Source: an uncultured Candidatus Rokubacteria bacterium (GTDB lineage: Bacteria; Methylomirabilota; Methylomirabilia; Rokubacteriales; CSP1-6). Taken from it: DNA of 64,000 nucleotides. The translations under genes and the position numbers were made by a program. The stretch spans positions 1,568,001 to 1,632,000 of the forward strand of contig CAVYTA010000006.1 of the NCBI GenBank assembly GCA_963771355.1, read 5' to 3'. The notes under the pieces were generated by a model that saw nothing but the letters and a program-made list of their open reading frames with translations, was not told where the DNA came from and made no database searches. Positions 61,135 to 64,000 of the stretch are shown piece after piece (positions within the stretch are counted from its first letter, which is position 1; each line of letters begins with the position of its first letter).

Positions 61135-63434
61135 CGGACCGCGCGCGCATCCTCGTGGTGGACGACGAGATGGGGCCGCGGGAATCGCTCCGCATGATCC
61201 TCAAGCCCCGGCACGACATCGCCACCGCCGACAGCGGCGAGGCCGCCCTCCGTACGCTGAAGAGCTTCCACCCGGACCTGATCTTCATGGACATCAAGAT
61301 GCCGCAGATGGACGGCATCGAGCTCCTCCGCCGCATCAAGAGCATCGATCCCAGCATCGAGGTCGTGATGATCACGGCCTACGCGTCCCTGGAGACGGTC
61401 AAGAACGCATTGACCCATGGGGCCTTCGAGTACTTGATCAAGCCCTTCAGCCGCCAGGACCTCGAGGAGACGGTGCGGCGCGCGCTGGCCCGGCGACAGA
61501 CCGAGGTGGGCACGCGCAATCAGCTCACCGCACTCGTGGACGAGATGCGCGCCCTCTCCGGCAAGACCCGCGACCACGAGGAAGAGGCCCGTCGCGAGCA
61601 GGCGGAACAGTCGCTCCGCGTGACCCAGCTGTCCATCCTGCGGGAAATCTCGCGCGGCTTGCTCGGCCAGCTCGACCTCACCCAGCTCGTGGCCACCATC
61701 ACCGAGCAGCTCCGCTCGGCGCTGGGCTACGACGAGGTGCGCATCCACCTGGGCTCAGCACCGGCGGAGACTCCCGCGGGCCCGTCCACGGTGGTGTGTC
61801 CCATCCGCGACGACGGCAGCACGCTGGGCTACCTCGCCGCCGCCAACCAGGGCACGCGCGCCATCGATCCGCGCGAACGCGAGCTGCTGGAGATGCTGTC
61901 GGACTACCTCGCAGTAGCCATCCGCAACTCGCGGCTCTACGGCCAGGTGGCCGACACCAAGCGATCGCTCGAGCAGCTCATCCAGTCCGCGGGTGACGGC
62001 ATCATCTCGCTGGACCGCAACGACAACATCGTGGGCTGGAATCCGGCCGCGGAGCGTATCTTCACGCTGCCCAGCCGAGATGCGATCGGCCGCCCCATCA
62101 CCGAGCTGCTGCCGCGGGACCAGTACAAGAGCGCGCGCAACGCGCTGGCCACCACCGCGCCCGTCCGGGTGTTCGAGGTCGTCTCGCGGCGCGAGGACGG
62201 CAGCGGGCTCAGCCTCGCGGTGACCCTGTCCGCCCTCACCGACCGCGAGGGGCAGCTCGAGGGCGTGCTCGCCATCGTGCACGACACCACCGCCCAGCGG
62301 GAGCTCGAGGCGCAGATGCTCCAATCGGAAAAGCTCACTGCGCTGGGACAGATGGCGGGCGGCATCGCGCATGACTTCAACAACCTGCTCCAGGCCATCC
62401 TCGGCTACGCCCAGCTCATGGGGAAGAATCCCGCCAACGTGGACGTGGTCCGGCGCGGGCTGGACGTCATCGAGGCCGCCGCCACCGGCGGCGCGGAGAC
62501 GGTGCGGCGCATCCAGAAGTTCGCGCGGCTCCGGCCCGACGAGCCGTTCGTGTCACTGGACCTCAACAGCGTGGTGAACGACGCGGTGGCGATCACCCAG
62601 CCGCGCTGGGAGGAACGCGCGGCCAAGGGCGGCCTGCCCCTGCGCATGGAGCTGAGCCTGCCCGCGATTCCCGTCGTGATGGGGCGCCCCTCGGAGCTGA
62701 ACGAGGTCATCACCAATCTCATCCTCAACGCCATCGACGCGATGCCGGAGGGCGGCGTGCTGAGCATCCGGACCAGCGTCGACCGCGGCGACTCCGTCGT
62801 CCTCACCGTGGCCGACACCGGGACCGGCATGCCGGAGGCGGTGCGCAAGCGCGTGTTCGACCCCTTCTTCACCACCAAGGGCGAGCTGGGCACCGGCCTC
62901 GGACTGTCGGTCTCCTATTCCATCGTGAAGCGCCATAACGGCGAGATGCGGGTGGACAGCCAGGTGGGACGCGGCACCGCCTTCACCATCGTGCTCCCGG
63001 CGGCGATGGCGTTCTCGGCGGATGCGCCCGCGGAGCTCGACACCCTGGGCAGCCGGCGCGGCCGCATCCTGCTGGTGGACAACGACGCCCAGGTGCTCGC
63101 CATCCTCACCGAGATGCTGCGCGAGGGGAACCACGAGGTGGTGCCGGTGGCCAGCGGCCCCGCCGCCATGGACGCCTTCCGGCCGGGGGCCTTCGACGTG
63201 ATCCTCACCAATCTCGGCATGGTGGGCATGACAGGCTGGGAGGTCGCGCAGCGCATCCGCGCCCGCGACCGCAACGTGCCGGTGGTCTTCATCACGGGAT
63301 GGGGACTACACGAGGAGGACCAGGAGCGTTGCCGGCACCTGGGAATCCACCACGTGCTCTTCAAGCCGGTCGGCCCCGGCGAGCTGCACCGGGCCATTCA
63401 GAGCACGCTCGCCGAGCACGCCGCCCGCGCCTAG
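61131..63434 (+). CDS. hybrid histidine kinase REC-GAF-PAS-HisKA-HATPase-REC
   Basis: VVDDE/FMDIKMP/IKPF; AHDFNNLL, NLILNA, DTGTGM, GTGLGL; C-terminal REC with LTNLGM. Confidence 0.88.
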   Translation: MTDRARILVVDDEMGPRESLRMILKPRHDIATADSGEAALRTLKSFHPDLIFMDIKMPQMDGIELLRRIKSIDPSIEVVMITAYASLETVKNALTHGAFEYLIKPFSRQDLEETVRRALARRQTEVGTRNQLTALVDEMRALSGKTRDHEEEARREQAEQSLRVTQLSILREISRGLLGQLDLTQLVATITEQLRSALGYDEVRIHLGSAPAETPAGPSTVVCPIRDDGSTLGYLAAANQGTRAIDPRERELLEMLSDYLAVAIRNSRLYGQVADTKRSLEQLIQSAGDGIISLDRNDNIVGWNPAAERIFTLPSRDAIGRPITELLPRDQYKSARNALATTAPVRVFEVVSRREDGSGLSLAVTLSALTDREGQLEGVLAIVHDTTAQRELEAQMLQSEKLTALGQMAGGIAHDFNNLLQAILGYAQLMGKNPANVDVVRRGLDVIEAAATGGAETVRRIQKFARLRPDEPFVSLDLNSVVNDAVAITQPRWEERAAKGGLPLRMELSLPAIPVVMGRPSELNEVITNLILNAIDAMPEGGVLSIRTSVDRGDSVVLTVADTGTGMPEAVRKRVFDPFFTTKGELGTGLGLSVSYSIVKRHNGEMRVDSQVGRGTAFTIVLPAAMAFSADAPAELDTLGSRRGRILLVDNDAQVLAILTEMLREGNHEVVPVASGPAAMDAFRPGAFDVILTNLGMVGMTGWEVAQRIRARDRNVPVVFITGWGLHEEDQERCRHLGIHHVLFKPVGPGELHRAIQSTLAEHAARA

Positions 63435-63475
63435 CGGCCGGGCGCCGGAGGTTGTCGGACGGACGGTCGTCTTTC

Positions 63476-64000
63476 CTACGCCTTCCGGTCCTTCACGAGC
63501 TTGGAGAGCTTGCAGAAGGCGCAGATCTCGCCCGTGGTCACCTGCCCGCACACCCCGCACTCCTGGAGCTCTGGCCGCGCGGTCGGCTCGAAGACCGCGC
63601 GCGCCTTGTCGAGGAATCCAAACAGGAAGTTGTGCTTGGCGCCCGGCGAGGCTTCCTCGAGGCGGTTGAGGATGTCCTTGTGGGCGAGCGAGGTGGCCCC
63701 CTTCGAGAAGGGACATTCCTCCACGATGTAGTCGATCCCGCGCAGGAAGGCATAGGCCGCCGTCTCCCGCTCGGACAGGCGGTAGAGCGGCTTCACCCGC
63801 CGCGCCAGCTTGGGATGAGTGGAGGCCAGCATAGGGGACTGGCGCGGGAGCGCGTCCATCTGCCAGTGGAGGACCGAGCCGAACAGTGTGGCCGCCTCGT
63901 CGTCGAGGTTGTGCCCGGTGGCGACCACGGCGTAGCCATGCTCGAGGGCGGCGCGATTCAGGAGGTAGCGCTTGCTGAGCCCGCAGGCCGAGCAGGTTGG
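63476..64000 (-). CDS. ttuA: TtuA/Ncs6-type tRNA 2-thiolation protein (5' part outside window)
   Basis: CSACGLSKRY, ATGHNLDDE, EECPF, C-terminal CGVC...CAFC. Confidence 0.8.
   Translation of the reverse strand, partial: PTCSACGLSKRYLLNRAALEHGYAVVATGHNLDDEAATLFGSVLHWQMDALPRQSPMLASTHPKLARRVKPLYRLSERETAAYAFLRGIDYIVEECPFSKGATSLAHKDILNRLEEASPGAKHNFLFGFLDKARAVFEPTARPELQECGVCGQVTTGEICAFCKLSKLVKDRKA

Overview
Gene-dense, very GC-rich (~70% in sampled lines) bacterial chromosome segment with about 53 CDS. I found no rRNA, tRNA, CRISPR array, integrase or transposase. Left part (1-21 kb): corrinoid/one-carbon genes. These are a DUF169-MtaA/UroD fusion, a PF13769-type protein, a split MetH-like set (corrinoid protein, Hcy methyltransferase, reactivation domain) and a YitJ-type Hcy-MT/MTHFR. 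Most sit in a long, translationally coupled minus-strand run ending in a 3xGAF-PAS kinase, an NtrC-type activator and a sigma54-driven stand-alone receiver. Middle (21-51 kb): mixed metabolic, repair and transport genes, an NtrC-type regulator in frame with an enoyl-CoA hydratase, a ferredoxin-adenylate cyclase and a solo UvrD-nuclease. Right part (51.3-63.4 kb) is the most unusual. A lower-GC cassette carries an orphan FabF/KS-alpha-like ketosynthase with a Cys-His-Gln triad. It is followed by two paralogous membrane (HisKA_7TM-like)-GAF-PAS kinases, one with a GC break at the conserved AHAIIRHRLMDIR motif. Then come a decayed tandem duplication, an intact His->Asp pseudokinase and a hybrid kinase with an Asp->Asn terminal receiver. 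I propose, as inference, a ketosynthase-made lipid signal paired with exchangeable membrane receptors. Family assignments come from motifs recognised by eye; no database searches were run.
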